Notes: a model not told the origin generated them from the letters alone. A DNA stretch of 64,000 bases from Calcarisporiella thermophila CBS 279.70 (GCF_041956535.1 NW_027192198.1:164551-228550), one strand, 5' to 3'; positions 13,183-27,360 are shown, counted from the stretch's first letter. A program made the numbers and translations.

Positions 13183-13862
13183 TTAATACGAGCTGGCAGC
13201 CTCCAACTCCCGCATTCGTCTCTCAAAGTCCTGTTCGAATTCGGCCCGTTTCCGTATAATATCTTGAATGAATTGTTGCCTTTTCTTTGTAACATCAGGG
13301 CCTTGTGCCGAATTCTGGTTGAAAAATGAAAATTAGAACAAGCCCTTATCAAATTACAGAACATAAATCAAAAGAGCACCTGCTTAAGCTTTTTGATTGT
13401 GGAAGAGAGTTCCGAAAAAGCATCGTAGGCTCTTTGCGCTATTAAATTCGGTATAGAATCGCTGAGAAAACGTTAAATAGCGACGATTTAAAATGTTCAA
13501 TTTACTGGAGCTTTGTACGCGCTCTATTCGACGAAGTTTTTCCTCTACTCTAGCGTATTTGTCTGGCAATTCTGTGATGATTCTTTCTAAACTGTCGAGA
13601 TTTCTTCCGGCATAATCTCGCTACATAAAGTTGAGTCAGTCCAAGGTGAAGAGCTCTAGGTCGATTGCCGGTTTAGCCTTACGTCAAACTCCTTTGTGAA
13701 CGATCGAATTTCATTTCCGAGATTTGCGGATGGGGAGCCAAGAAGGATTTGACAGAGATGATTGGCATCTATAGCAACCGACCGTCTGTAGGAATGATTT
13801 GGGGGTAACAACTAGAATTAATATATGTCGACCTTACCGTCTACTATGGTCTTTTCTGTCAT
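13183..13862 (-). CDS. BLOC-1 subunit 5 (Muted)-like coiled-coil protein, 138 aa; exons 13838-13862, 13683-13768, 13506-13620, 13380-13438, 13183-13314
   Basis: Manual splicing gives MTEKTIVDDANHLCQILLGSPSANLGNEIRSFTKEFDRDYAGRNLDSLERIITELPDKYARVEEKLRRIERVQSSTQRAYDAFSELSSTIKKLKQNSAQGPDVTKKRQQFIQDIIRKRAEFEQDFERRMRELEAASSY. Exon phases are consistent. Resembles the Muted ExRxFxKEF(E/D) and KRAExExE motifs as I recall them. Confidence 0.65.
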
Positions 13863-13951
13863 ACTATTGTATAAAAGGCAATTTCATACTCTACACAAGA
13901 GCACGCATGACAATCCAGTGCTAGAGGCGCAGCAATTTCTCTTATCAGGAG

Positions 13952-13957
13952 ACGCGT
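13952..13957. promoter_or_regulatory. MCB-like element (ACGCGT) in a divergent promoter
   Basis: ACGCGT between the divergent Muted-like and CLASP_N genes; related GCGCGT at about 13989 and a second ACGCGT at 14152-14157. Confidence 0.35.
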
Positions 13958-14088
13958 TCTATCCCTTTTTATTTTTCTGAAACGAGCAGCGCGTAACAAA
14001 TTATTTATAATTTGCCTTTTAAAACATAAAAATACATCCTCATTGAATCTTTGGAACGAATAAAAAAGTGCACTGAGTTGGAAGTGAT

Positions 14089-15916
14089 ATGCCTCTAAAA
14101 GACAATACGGTAACCTTTCTTTATTATATCATACAACTGATACCAGTATTAACGCGTATATTTCCAACTGATTAATTAGATTTATTCTGCACGAGAACTT
14201 GATGTACAGATCAACTCTATATACGCTACTCTTCAGCAGAAGGAGACAGAGGATACTTGGCAACAATTTGACGAATGTTTGCGCTACCTGACTGAAGTGA
14301 CGCGTAATGGTGCTTGGAAGTTCGGGAATTATCTTGACGGGATTAGAATGCTTCGGATTCCGCTACAAAATTGCGTATGTAGTGTTATCTTCCGCCGTGG
14401 ATCATGTCCTGGTTATCATACTAAGTTTTGTTCTTCGTTCTTTTTTTTTAGATAATATCTGAACGGACTCGTCTCTCGGGCTCCGCTCTTGAATATCTCG
14501 AGGTTGTTAGCGCTTCTCTTGGACCTGCAGTAGAGTCCATTGCCATACAGCTTTTGCCGTCTCTCATCAGACTATGCAGTCGTACTAATAAGGTGTTTAT
14601 TGTTCGAACACAGCACTGTATTAATTCTCTCCTGGCCTATTCTCGATTGACGCATGCATTACCCCGTTTCGGAGAGATGCTGTCCAGCCAGAACAAAATT
14701 ACCAGGGCGTGTGGGATTGAGTTCATTGTGAATTGGATTCGAACACACGACGCAAAAGAGTTAAGAGAGATCGGAGGAGCGGCTGGCCTAGAGACGATGC
14801 TTGCAGATGGGATGCAGGATTCGGCAAAAGAGGTGAGGGACATTGCGCGAAAGGGTCTGGAAATATATTGCCGCAAGTTGCCAGAGAGGGAAGAAAGGTA
14901 AGAAGAAACATAGATATCTCTTTTTGTCGAGGCTATTAGACTAAAAGATGATTATACTTTCTCTTAGCATTCTGAATGCGCTACCTGCCCAAATCAAGAA
15001 ATATCTAGTAAAAAAACCATCCTCCAACCCGCAACCCTCCAAAGCTGACGAAAAACCTTGGCTAGCACACAAGACCCGCCTCGCTGCGCAGTCACGTAGT
15101 GCCAACAAGGAAACTTTGAAGAAAGAAGATGCGATGCTGGATAGTGCCATGGGGACAAAAGAGCAAATTGCCGAGGGCAAGCACAAAATCAAAGACAAAG
15201 GCGATGTGGTTGCTTCTGCAGAAATACGCACGCCGCTTGTTAGCAAGGCACTAAACACTAACGCAGAGGCCATTAAAACCGCCCCTGCAAAACGCGTCCT
15301 AGTGAACCCCACCCCCACAGACGAGAAATCACACAAAGTCATGTATTCTCCTTCGAAGACGGTGCGCGTCGGAAAGAGGCGCGTGTCTTTGCCGAAAAGA
15401 GTCCTGGTGAAACCTCTGCTGATGCCTGAAGGTGGAAAGACGGGTGCAGGCGAAAACAAAGTGCCCCCGCCCTCTCGGCCTATTGGAGGACTCTCGAAAA
15501 GTTCGACTGGAGCTGTGAGGCTGAAGAAGGTGGCGACCAAACCTGCTCTTACCTCGAGTGGTGGCTCACGGACGAATAGTGCCGCAAGTAGTAGCAGTAG
15601 TTTGAACACCCTAGGAAGCTCCACCAAAACGTTAACCTCTTCCAAGGGTGCTGCACTGGCAGCAAAGCAGCCAAGGGCGCCTAGAGCCCTTGATGCGCCA
15701 ACAAAATCGTCCGCTGCTAGATCCCTGGCTGTGGCGGCAAAAAAGCAGACAAAGGCCAGCAATACTCTGAGGCCTGGAGCAGACAAGCTGAAGGAAAAGG
15801 TGAGGCAAGCAGAGAAAGCCAAAGCGGGTGAAGGCAGCGAGAATAAAAAGGTAGCTGTTGCAAAAGAAGGAGCGGTGACTGCAGCAGCACCGATAGCCAT
15901 TGGGGTAAGTGAATAG
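14089..15916 (+). CDS. CLASP N-terminal (TOG-like) domain protein with a basic low-complexity tail, Stu1-like, 4 exons
   Basis: IYSARELD...KETEDTWQQFDE...SERTRLSGSAL...LLPSLIRLCSRTNKVF...DSAKEVRDIAR, followed by a K/S/A/P-rich tail. Confidence 0.8.
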
Positions 15917-16442
15917 TTTCCCTTCGATTGTGCCTTTGCATTTTGTGCTTTTATTATTCTCTTTCTTCTATTAATTTTTTACTCTTCCAAGTTGTGAATA
16001 GTAGATTTTTATTTTTATTTTTATTTTTTTTCTTCCTTTATATCTCTACCATTTCTTTTGTAACATTTGTTTGTTTTTTTTTCGACTCTTTATAATTGCG
16101 CTTTTTGTTCGAGATAATAAATGTTTTCTAATAAATGCTCCAGTTGGCATCCCCTTCTCGTGACATGAACTTAACTTTCAACTGACCGGGATGCATTTCG
16201 GCTCCAAGTGCGTATGCATATATATATGTATAAGAACTTCTAGGTGTTTATTTTAAAAGTAGGGAAGAATAAAATACTTGGTAGAAGAGAAAGGATTAAA
16301 AAAGAATTAAAAGGAAAAACAAAGCCAGAGTACATAGCCAGTATCTACTATCACCCTTCAGAACAAAAATAAGTATGAACATAATATGGCATTTGGATAG
16401 AAATCTAAGTGTATGTATGAGAATGGGATGGAAAAAAATAAT

Positions 16443-19400
16443 TTAATCCACTAATTTGCTCTGGGAGGTTGCCAGACGAACCAAGAGGGCCTTGCGCTCC
16501 TCCGCTGGCATCATCTCCACTAGCTTGGTGAAGCCTTCCACAATGCCTTGGCGGCTCGATTCCGAGAGCATAAGCACCGAGCGGGCAACGAAGTCGGCAC
16601 GCAGGCGTGCGATGCGGGTCTCGATCACGTTTCGGCCATTCTCCGAATCCAACCATGTCCAAACAGCCTTGTCATCGTTGTCCCAGTCTTTTCCGCCCTC
16701 GGCCTGCTGGTACCAGCCGGAAAGGAGGCGGGTCTGTTGCTCGCGGGTGAGATGTTCGTCCGCCTCGGCCATCTTGGAGAGGACACGTTCCTCCGCAAGG
16801 CGTCTTCGCAGGCGCCAGTAGAAGAAGGTGCGAGCCTCAGACCATTCGACAACCCGACGCACACAGCCTTTGGCCTTCATTCGCCCGGCGGTGTCGTGTA
16901 GGTCGGCGAATTGCAAGGCGAGTTGCGAGTACACGGGCATGAGCTCCTGCTCGCGGGCTTCCAGCTTGGCCTGCAGCTCAGAGCGGTCATCTGAGCTGAT
17001 GTTTGGATCCTCCAGCTGGCGTTTCAGGCTGCGGTAGGTGTCGTCAAGACGCTCCATGGTGGCAAGCAGTTGTGGCCGACGATACTTAATCTCCACGATT
17101 CCCTCTGGCTCGAGGACACCGGCCCGCGCTCGGGGCTCCGCATACATCTCCATCATGTCCTTGTTAATGGTCGGGTCCACCACCACCCAAGCTCCGCCAC
17201 GCAGTTCACCATTGGGAGGCAGATACACAAATACCGGGCGGCGATAGCGCGCAAGCGCGTCGACAATGTACGATCCGTACTTAAGCACTTCGTTGAACAT
17301 GTCCCGCTGGCCGCCGGAGAAACCACGCCAGTTAGCAAAGATGAACAGCGGGAGCTGTTCTCCGCGGTCAAAGTCCTTGATGGCCTGTGCGGTCTTGTAA
17401 GCCGAGTTCGGGAACCACACCTGACCCGCCTCCATCATGATCTGTTGCTGCGAGTCGGAGTTGGCTGGGTCGGCGGGGATAATATGTTCGACAGTGCGGG
17501 TTTCAACCGCAATCACACCAACTGGAATGCCGCCAAGCCGTGCCCGACCCACAACAACAGTTCGTGCCCATCCGGAGAGGGCCTCAGTGAAGGAGCCGCG
17601 ATCAAAAAAGCCGCTCAACCAGGCATCTTCTTCCTGTTTGCCAGCGATGAACCAGCGGGGGTCGTAGTTGCCCTTGGGCGGGACGTAGTCAATGGTTCTC
17701 TCAACGGGGTCCATCATAGTTGGGCAAACGGGAAGCGGAGCACCCACGCATTCCGGCACATACGAGAGCCAGTTGACAATCTTTCCGATGCCGTCCAGAT
17801 CGTCTTCCGCAGTAATGTGCGAGACACCGTTCTTGTACATGATTTGCGTGCCACCGAGTTGCAGGTTGGAGGTGTATACCTCCCGTCCCAGCACCTTGTT
17901 GAGAGCGGGCGCGCCCGTGAGGATGATGGGCTGGCCTTCATTCTGGATCGTTCGTTGACCAAGACGGACCAGGTAGGCACCGATACCCACCGAGCGGCAG
18001 GAGACAAGCGTCACCGTGAAGATGTCATCATAGGCCCGGCTCGTTTCACCAGCAATCATACCAGAACCGCGCAAGTTCTCCACTCCCAGCCCCTCTTTGG
18101 CGCCGATGATGTCGGTGATACGGAATCTAGCCTCGCCCTCGTCCTCAATCTCCTCCGCAATCACGCTCTGCTTGTTCTTCTGCTGCTGCTGAAGTTGCTT
18201 ATATGCCTCTGGAGTAAGGTACAGGTAACGGAAGCCCTTGGCAGGGTGCTCCCGGTCGATCCAAGCGACCCGGAAAAGTGATAGGACCTCGTCCGCAAGG
18301 CCAATGCGAGCTCCGGAGTTGGCAGAGAGATACACACGCGGAATGCCAAGCTTGCGGGCTAACTCCGAGGCACAGTAGAAGACTTGATCCTCTGCAGGGC
18401 CGAAAGAACCAATCTGGTAGGTGATGTCGTTTGCGATCACAATCACTCGCCTGCCTTGAGGATACTCAGGGGTGCGCATGGTGAACATCCAGGCCACCAT
18501 ACCGCAGGTGTTGGTGCCCGGCGGGCGAATGACCTCGACAAGCTGGCCATTCTCATCCAGTACCAATTCCTTCGCCTCGAGCACTTCATTGGGTGGTTTA
18601 ATGCTCGAGTTAGCGCGAACCACCTGCTGCCAAGCAACACGGAGTGACTGACGGAAGAGTTCAGGGAAGTCGTAGACGAAGGTGGTTCCCATGAGATGGG
18701 CTTTATAACGACGAGGTTGGAGCCACTCCTTGGTTGGGTACGGCATGCTAATGGGCTGCAAGTGCTTCGACCCAGGAATAGGCCCAATTGTCTTGAGCAC
18801 CCAGACGCCTTTGTCGTTCTTGATCTAAATGGGGCAAAATTGGTCAATGGCATCCAAACAACTCCAGTTGTGGAAAGGAAAATTACTAACCTCTTGGTAT
18901 GTGTCCATCTTAATCACATAGCCCGCCACGTTATCGATTGTGAAGCGCAGAGGAACCGGGTAATCGAAACGCTTGCTTCGAATTGAGAATTTAATTTCTC
19001 CTCCAGTCACACGCAGCTTCCAAAGTCGCTTGCCGTGTCGATCGATGAAGCCTTGAAGAGCGTCCATCACCTGCTCAGGCTCGAGGGCAAACGTTGGGAC
19101 GAAGTTGATGAAGATGTGGTTGCAGTCCGAGTTCTTGTAGGTGGAGTTTACGATCTCCAACGTATCCAGGATATCGTTGACGAGTCGATCGCTCTCCGAA
19201 ATGAGATAATCCACAGTGCGGAGCGAGTTGCGCAATCTTCCTGGCCGCACAAGCGCCCTTACGAAGAAGCGACAATCCGCCGCATTTTCCTTTCCAACCG
19301 CATAATACACGTGGATCTGTGGGTTGTCGGTGAAGCAAGGTTTGATCTCGAAGTTGGAGAGGCGGCCCAACTCAAGCTGATACGCCATGGCGGGTTCAAG

Positions 19401-22400
19401 GTGGCGGATGGTCTGGTCCTCGGTGAAGTTGGTGCGCTCGCGGAACGTGAAGTAGTTGGGCCACTGCCCATGACGGCACATGACAAAAGTGACTCGGCGG
19501 ATGTTGCGCTCGCGCAGATTGTCTTTCTGGCTCTGCACGAATTCATGCAGGCGTTGCTTCCACGTCTCACTATCGAAAGGCGCATCCTCTAGGCGCAATG
19601 CAATATTCAGCACGTTGTTCATGCGATCACCTTCGACATCATCAATCGAGTCCGTGGGAAGATGGGCATCGGTGGAGCGCTCAAACACCTCCAGGATACG
19701 ATCGAAATTAGCCTTCACCTCATCAAGATTGACGCACGACATCATTGCACCCGTGCGTGTGGGCATCATACTTGTCGCTTGATTGAGGAAGTAGCTAAAG
19801 TCGGAGACGGAGGCGATCCGCTTTGGACTTACCATGCCGCCCGAGTCCGCCCCAATGAGCTCCGAACCACGAGCATTTTGGAGCAAAAACTTCCACGTAA
19901 CAATGAATGGCTGGTCATCAAGACGATAGTCAAGATCGAGCAGATCATAGACGCGATAAGCGCGCCGGGCATAAACCTCAAGGGCCGCGAGGCGGACATA
20001 ATGGTCTTCATGGTAGAAGAAGTTGGGAAGGACATCGAACACGCTGAACTGGGTGTCGATGAGATCTTTGATCGCATCGTAGCTGGGCGTGCGATGCTCC
20101 ATGCCACCACCGTAGATCTTCTCAAACACCGACTCTTTGAGGATCTGCTCCATTTGCTCATGGCGCTCCTGGTAAGAAGGTAGCTGAGTGTGGATGAGCA
20201 ACTCACGTGCTTTCAGGGCAACCTTAGCGACGGCACGACCATCGAGCTCCGCCAGCTTTTTAAGCACAGGGGTGAAGAACTTATCGAGTGCAGAACCCGA
20301 CTCGGAGGCAGGGTAGATTTGCTCAAGCAATGCGAGAACCAGCGCTGATTTGGCGGCGACACGCACATGCGAGAGCACGATGGCGACCACCTGTTCGTAA
20401 TCATCTTTGTATTGCTCACGCAATGCAAGCACGCCTGCTTCATCGCTGTTCCCTTTAAAGAGGTTTTCGACGTTGTAGTATTTCTCGAGCAACCTTGAGA
20501 ACACCATGCACTCATGGGCCTTGAGCCCGTTGGCATATCGATCCAGAACTTCGATGAGAGGCGCAAGCGATGTGCGCAGAGCGCTGCTCTCTGCAGCGCG
20601 CTCGGCCGCGAAGCGGTCGATTTCCGACTTAAGCTGGCGGGCGGGGAATTCAGCATTACGGTCCTGGTGCTCGTTGACAATTTTATGCAGCGAGGTCTCG
20701 AGTTTTGCGGGCATGCGCCCAGAAAGTGTGGAGAACACCGCGTTCACCTCGGAGTATGGCAGAGCCGAGTCGCGTAGAATCTCGGTGATTTCCCTGATCT
20801 TGGCCCCCATAACCGCTTGGTTATCGTAGCCATCGAGGATATATTCGAGGGTATGAACGCATTCGTGGAAACGATGCAAAGGTTTGTCACCACGGACGTG
20901 GGGCGGGCCCATTGGCGGGAGTTGGCTGGAGAAGGGAGCCGCCTGCTGTACACGACTTGGGTCATCCAACGTCAGAATACCAATGATATCCCCAGCGCCC
21001 AAAGTGGATCCAGGCTGCTTGATGAACTGCACGATACCGTCCTCCTGTGCGACAAGCGGCATGAACATCTTCATCACCTCAATTTCAGCGTACACCTGCC
21101 CAGCCTTGACATGGTCTCCGCTTTCGAGCAGCAGGCTGACGAGTTTGCCTGGACTTGGTGAGCGCAGCTGGGTGGGATCGTTTTCGGATTCAAGTAGACA
21201 TGTCTTTCCGTCGATCATCATACGAGTAGCCTGCACCTCCTCAAACGAATAGGTCGTGTGGCTCTTACCGTCAAGTAGCACAAGCAATCCGCCGTCCGTT
21301 AACTCGCGCACCGCAACCTGCACTTTCGATCCATTGAGGTACAAGGTGAAGATCTCGGGCGATGAGCGTGTCGCCGTGAACTTATACCGTAGACCCTCGT
21401 AGATGAAATCGATTGCAAATACGGTGCGTAGCACATCCTTGGATGGCACCTGACCACGCTCCAAATAGCGTTTATACTCTCGAAGCGATTCCCGAGCTAA
21501 TGTGTGGGCCTTGGTAACAGCACCACAGATAACTGCCAACATAGAATCGGGTCGCTCGGCAGTCACTTTGTGAGAGATCAGGGTGTCCAACCAGCCGGTG
21601 TTTACAGTGTTCTGCTCGAAATCCTGGGTCTCGAGCAACTTGATAAGATACTCTACCGTGGTACGGAAATCACCACGGATTGAGAGTTCTTTCAGGGCAA
21701 CCACCATGTTCTTGCGCGACTGCTGGCGGTTTTCCCCGTATGCGAAGATGTGTCCAAACTGGGAATCTGCAAACTCATGCAACCCACCCGCGGCAGACAC
21801 GGAGAAGTAACCCCACACATTCGTATTAGAGCGGAAGTTAAGCTCTTGCATCATACCACTGCTCGGTTTAAAGCCGGCGTCAGGATTTTCAGCGGTAATA
21901 CGCACAGCAATGACATGGCCCTTGGGGGTTGGTTTGCGCTGTGCTTGGAACGATTCTTCGCGCGAGAAGTCAAAGTCGATCTCGGAGGCTGCATTGGGGG
22001 CCATACCATAGAGTACACGGATGTCACGGATGCGATGAAGCGGCAATCCCATTGCAATTTGGAGCTGCGCTGCTGGCAAGTTGACGCCTGTGACCATTTC
22101 CGTGGTAGGGTGTTCGACCTGCAAACGCGGGTTTAACTCCAAGAAGTAGAAGCGGTCTTCCTGGTGATTATAGAGATACTCGACTGTTCCCGCGCTTACA
22201 TAGCCCACGAGCTTGGCCAACCGCACTGCTGCACGCTCCATTGCCTCGAATGTATCGGGCCGCGCGACAGTGACCGGTGCCTCTTCAATGATTTTTTGGT
22301 GCCGCCGCTGAACGGAACAGTCACGCCCGAAGAGAGAGATGGCGTTTCCATATTGATCTGCGAGAACTTGCACCTCGAGATGGCGTGCATTACCGGCAAG

Positions 22401-23360
22401 TTTCATGATGAAGACGGGAGATCCAGGCACCTCTCCCACCACCTGTAGAAATGCGCGTTTGAAGGAGGGCTCGTCCTCGACTTTGCGGATACCCTTACCA
22501 CCTCCACCCTCGGAGGCCTTGATCATGACTGGAAACCCAATTTGAAGGGCACGCTCGAGGCCTTCCTCCGGTGTTGTGACGCACGCTTTCTGGTAGACAT
22601 CATCCGACACGGTCACGAAGCCCTGTTCATTAAGGCTCGTTTGCGTAATTCCGTCGCCACTCCAAGCGATAGTTGGGACCTCGGCGGACTGTGCCACAAT
22701 AGTGGACGAGATCTTGTCACCAAGGGAACGCATGGCAGAACCTGGTGGGCCGATAAATACAGGCTTGTTTTTGCTTTGTGCAAGCGTTTCCGGTAGTCGA
22801 GGATTCTCTGAAGCATGACCCCTTTTAGGTTAGAGAAAAAAAAAACAGGTTATAAAAGACTCTTCTCTAATAACACATCGACGATGTAAATATCCAACAA
22901 AAATAATTAAATGACTAACCATCCAGCCCAGACGGCATGGGCCCCTGTTCGCTCGGCAATATCGACAATGAGTTCCACGTTGGCATAGTTGTTGTTGTTG
23001 GAACCGCCCGGGACCTCCACGTATTGGTCGGCCATGCGAATATACTCAGCATTTACCTTGAGATCTTCGGGGGTGGCCATAACAGTGAACTCAATGGCTC
23101 GTTCATCACCAAAGGTTTCGTATGCCCATTTTCGAATAGAGCGAATTTCCTTGACAGCGGCGATACCGTTATTCGCAATGAGAATCTTGGTTATGACTGT
23201 GTGCCCTCCATGCTTCTCGACGAAGTCGCGTACCTGACTCGGAGGAGCAACTGCGAGGCTATTTCCTCCTTTTTTGAAAAACATCAAAAATAAGTATGGT
23301 TCATTTTGTAAACGAGAAGATAGATAAAAACTAGTTACCAAAAAACCTCTCTAGTGACAT
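16443..23360 (-). CDS. ACC1: Acetyl-CoA carboxylase (BC-BCCP-CT), 4 exons
   Basis: [43 protein letters not shown], biotin site EVMKM, carboxyltransferase [11 protein letters not shown]. Short first exon MSLERFF. Confidence 0.98.
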
Positions 23361-24243
23361 GGTAGTGTGAATGTTTGTAGTTTTGGTAGAAGAGACTTCA
23401 AGAGATGTTGATAAAATGATGTCGGGGTGAGAGTAGAGAAGGGTATAGAATAAGTTAACTACAGAAGCTTGTCTTCTTGTATGAAGTAAGTGTGGATGTG
23501 ATTAAAAGACACAGCAATAGGGGAACATAAGCCGGTATGGCTCTGGGATACTCTTCTGCGCGTGTGTGAAAGAAAATACGAGAAAGAGAAGATAGGGAAG
23601 AGAAAAGGCAATAGAAGAGAGGAGGAAGCAAAACACATCCAAATCCAGCATTAATAAATTTAAATAATTGAATTTATTTTGGGGACGTCGAGTCTCGAAG
23701 ATATTGTTAGTGGTTGGAGGCAAAATTGCTGGCTCGAATCGATCTGAGCGGGCTCAAAGAGTTGGGTTTCTTCGACCTTGTTTGTTGGGGACACCAAGGG
23801 ATTCGGTATCGATCGTTCATTTTCCCATTTACCTTCCTTCTTCTCATTTCCTATCATTATCGCCTTCCATTTTGCCTTCCTTTATTCCACATTTTCGCCA
23901 TCTTGCCCAGTCGCCGTCGTCTTTCTTGATTCTTGAAACGCCAGATAGGGCCAGCCCAATGATGGCCGCCCAGGGCCAGGGAATACGAGCGACTTCTCTT
24001 GCGTGAACAAGCCGATCTGATATTTCTTGACATTTCCAAGTTCAACCAGCACTTTGAAAAAATAAACCGATATTTCACTCAATCCCACGCAGCTTAAACA
24101 CTAAGAATCTTCATAATAAGAAATACCAAGAAAAAAAAAACCCTATCGTACCAATGTTTCAAGTTTATCGAAACACAGTCACAATCTAGAGGAATCTTGT
24201 TCAATCTCTACGCCTACCAAGTTATTTTCATATTCAGGCTGCC

Positions 24244-25046
24244 ATGCGGATATTCTGTATCCCGATCGCCCGAAACCACTGGGCGTTTTATTGTCATTCA
24301 ACACTTCCTGCAACATCGCGTCTCTCCCAGTGGGTTGCTTGGGCATCACGCAAATGGGACTCCCTCTCCACCTCTGAGCCGAAATCATTCAAAGGGCGTG
24401 TCTATGCTACGGGCAATAATCTCCTCGATCGCATGGAGCATGAGGAATGGTTCCTTAAGGGAGTGCCTATGAAGGAGGACTGGGTTGGTAGCACAACGCG
24501 CGTGCCTTTATTACACCCCTCGAAAATTCCCGGGAATGTTGTTAGCGATCATTTAGATGATTTGATTAAGAGGAGACTCCCATATCACAGACGATATATG
24601 ATATATTCTGCATTGTGGATTCCACTATCGGTATCATTTACGCTAGTACCATTAATTCCAAATTTCCCACTAGCATACAATTTATTCCGACTTTATTCAC
24701 ATTATAAAGGTTCATATAAAATTTTTGCAACCCTTCACCCTTGGTATATTTATTAACTTTTAACTATAATAATGTAGCTTTTAAGGGGGCACAGCACCTC
24801 CAATATCTGCGACAACACCAGCGCATAGACTTGCAGTCTGAAGTTACTGTGGATCGTTGCCTCGAATCCCTGAGTTTCGATGGCTCGACAAACAATATCA
24901 CCTATGATGTTTCGGGCGGGATACTGGAAGAGGAGCGAGTGCACGAACTTTCCAAGGCATTTGAACTGCCAGGATTAGATCATGATATAAGAAGAGCACT
25001 GCATCAAGTCAAGAATAAGTTGGAAGCAAAAGATAAAAGGCCTTAG
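24244..25046 (+). CDS. Mitochondrial K+/H+ exchange-related (Mit_KHE1 family) protein, 2 exons
   Basis: MRIFCIPI start; LLDRMEHEEWFLKGVP; HRRYMIYSALWIPLSVSFTLVPLIPNFPLAYNLFRLYSHYK/AFKGAQHL. Confidence 0.8.
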
Positions 25047-26847
25047 AAATAAATATATATATACGTGGCCACTTATAATTTTGTTCAATTAAATTATCTT
25101 CTGGTGTATTTGATTTTCGAATTTTTTTTTTTTTGCAAAAAAAAAAGAGAAGCATATTATAGACTTGCAAAACAAAAATGCAAAAGTTGCAGAAAAAAAC
25201 ATTGAGTAAGAGTGTCTAATGATTCAATTCATATTACTCTCTAATTTTTGATCCGATAAATAACTATTTTCAATTGAAATCATATAACTACGGGTATTCA
25301 AGATATTTTCTACCAAATCTTTTTTTTTATTGTTCAAACATTGTAGCAACCTATAATTATAAGGGTTTTTTAAAGAATATTTTTTGTAAAGTATCCAAAT
25401 GAGATTAATCAATAGAAATGCATTTAAGGTCGTACGCCTTCGGCCGGTTACAATCAACCACTGGCAGAAGTTACAGGACAAGAGATAGTAATAATTGAGA
25501 ATCCAGAACCAACAAGTACGAAAAGTAAGGGACAGGAACGAGAGACAGTAGTAGTGGTGAATATAGGCACAATTGTGCTGGTAGGGGATAGTGGGATTCG
25601 CTCATAAATAAAATAGGGATTCTTTAGCTATTTCTAATATTTCAAGCACGAAAGTACCTTGTTGTTTATACTACTGATTAATTGAGCTACCAATATCACC
25701 ATTGACGCTATATATTCAACAGATTAAATAGGGCAATCCTAATGAAAAAAGAGACTGAGAGATTTATTACAAAACCTATTTGCAATAGAGTGGCCGGATT
25801 TGCCCTCTAATGACATAATTTTTATAATTTTTCTACTTGCAGTTCCTGACTTGGATGATATGGAATTTTGGGCAGCTGCTACACTATAGACGGGAATCTT
25901 TTGTGTTGACATTGTCACTGGATATAATATTTCAAACAATCCGCATGAATAGGTATACCCAACTCGCGTCCTTGTTTTCCTAAATAAAATCTGTCTGCTG
26001 CCTCTACTCGTGTCACGATCAAAGGTCCAAACCACTTATCACGAAAAACTGTTTCCGGCGATGCAGTATGTATGAGTACAATATCCCCTAGCTTAAAGCT
26101 TATCTTCTTATTCGTCTATTATACCGTGCTACTATTTTTACTAATTCATTCTCAAGTTTCGAGCAGCCGTCTTTTTTGTCGCCATCAATGCTGATCTTAT
26201 TGTCTCTAAATTGTTATGACCGTCTCGGGCGGATCACCACCTAACACATCCCCATCTACGCGTGGGGCCCAAAGAGCAGGTTTTATCATCCTTGTACCAA
26301 ATAAAATCTCATAAGGGCTGTATCCCGTTGCTTCATGTCATTTTGTTCAAATTTCCATAAGTGCGAGTTGTAATTCAAAATCCTAATCTGACTTGCACCG
26401 TGTCATCTTACAGCCATAGCTTTAAGTTTTTGATTCATGAATTCTACCTTGCCATTCGCTTCTGGTTAATAAGATGGTGTATATGTAACATTAACATCTA
26501 GCCGTTTAAAAAATTGTTGCTATAATTCACCCGTGAAATTTGCACCTTGATCAGAGACGAGTCGTTTTGGATATCCCAAAAATCAAAAATGACACTTAGA
26601 TTTCCTCAAGAATAAATCTAAAATATATCTCTTGAAAATAAGATAACCAAAGTATCAGCAATGTAACAATAACAAAAATCGTCAAGGTAACCATAACGAA
26701 AATGACTCATAAAAGCTCAACTTCGGGTCATGCGTTGATTATATTAAACTTGCGCAATCTATTCCCTGATTCTTACACTCGACATTCGTTCTGATACAAA
26801 GCAGCTAGGGCATATGGCCGATGACGTTACCGCCGCTCACCTACCAA

Positions 26848-27141
26848 TCACACATGGGAACTACTCCGGTGGGCAAGCTTCCAGTTGTGGTTCACCCTCC
26901 CCGAGTGATGGTGCGGTGAGCCGCATTGCTCGTACAACTTAACAGTGAGCGCAAGGCTGTCATCTCCCATAGCATCCCTAGTCTTGCCGAACATATGTGC
27001 CCAGTAAGCCGCCCCTTCCGGGTTTGGGTGTCCAATTGTGCGGTCACCCACCCGCAGGGATGCGAGAGGATCTACCAGTGTTACATAGAATTTAGGAAAT
27101 GTGGAGAACAGGCACTCAAGTTCACGAAAGTATAAGAAAAA
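26848..27141. other. Small orphan coding-like segment, strand unresolved
   Basis: GC-balanced patch in AT-rich DNA. Minus frame is open for about 97 codons (RELECLFSTFPKFYVTLVDPLASLRVGDRTIGHPNPEGAAYWAHMFGKTRDAMG...). Plus frame 26854-27135 is open except for one TGA. Confidence 0.35.
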
Positions 27142-27360
27142 CTGTTTTTGTTAAAAATGATAATGCAAAAGACATCCTTATATAAGTACGAAGAAAGTAA
27201 GAGTAAATATGAAATGATACAATAGTAGTATTATTCAATAGCCACGTAATCTTTGCCAAAAATAAAAATAATGTATAACAAATGTAGCACTCAATTTGCT
27301 TTTTGTAAAAATAAGCATTAGATTGAAAGATTAAATCATTCCCTCGCTAATCAATCCTCA

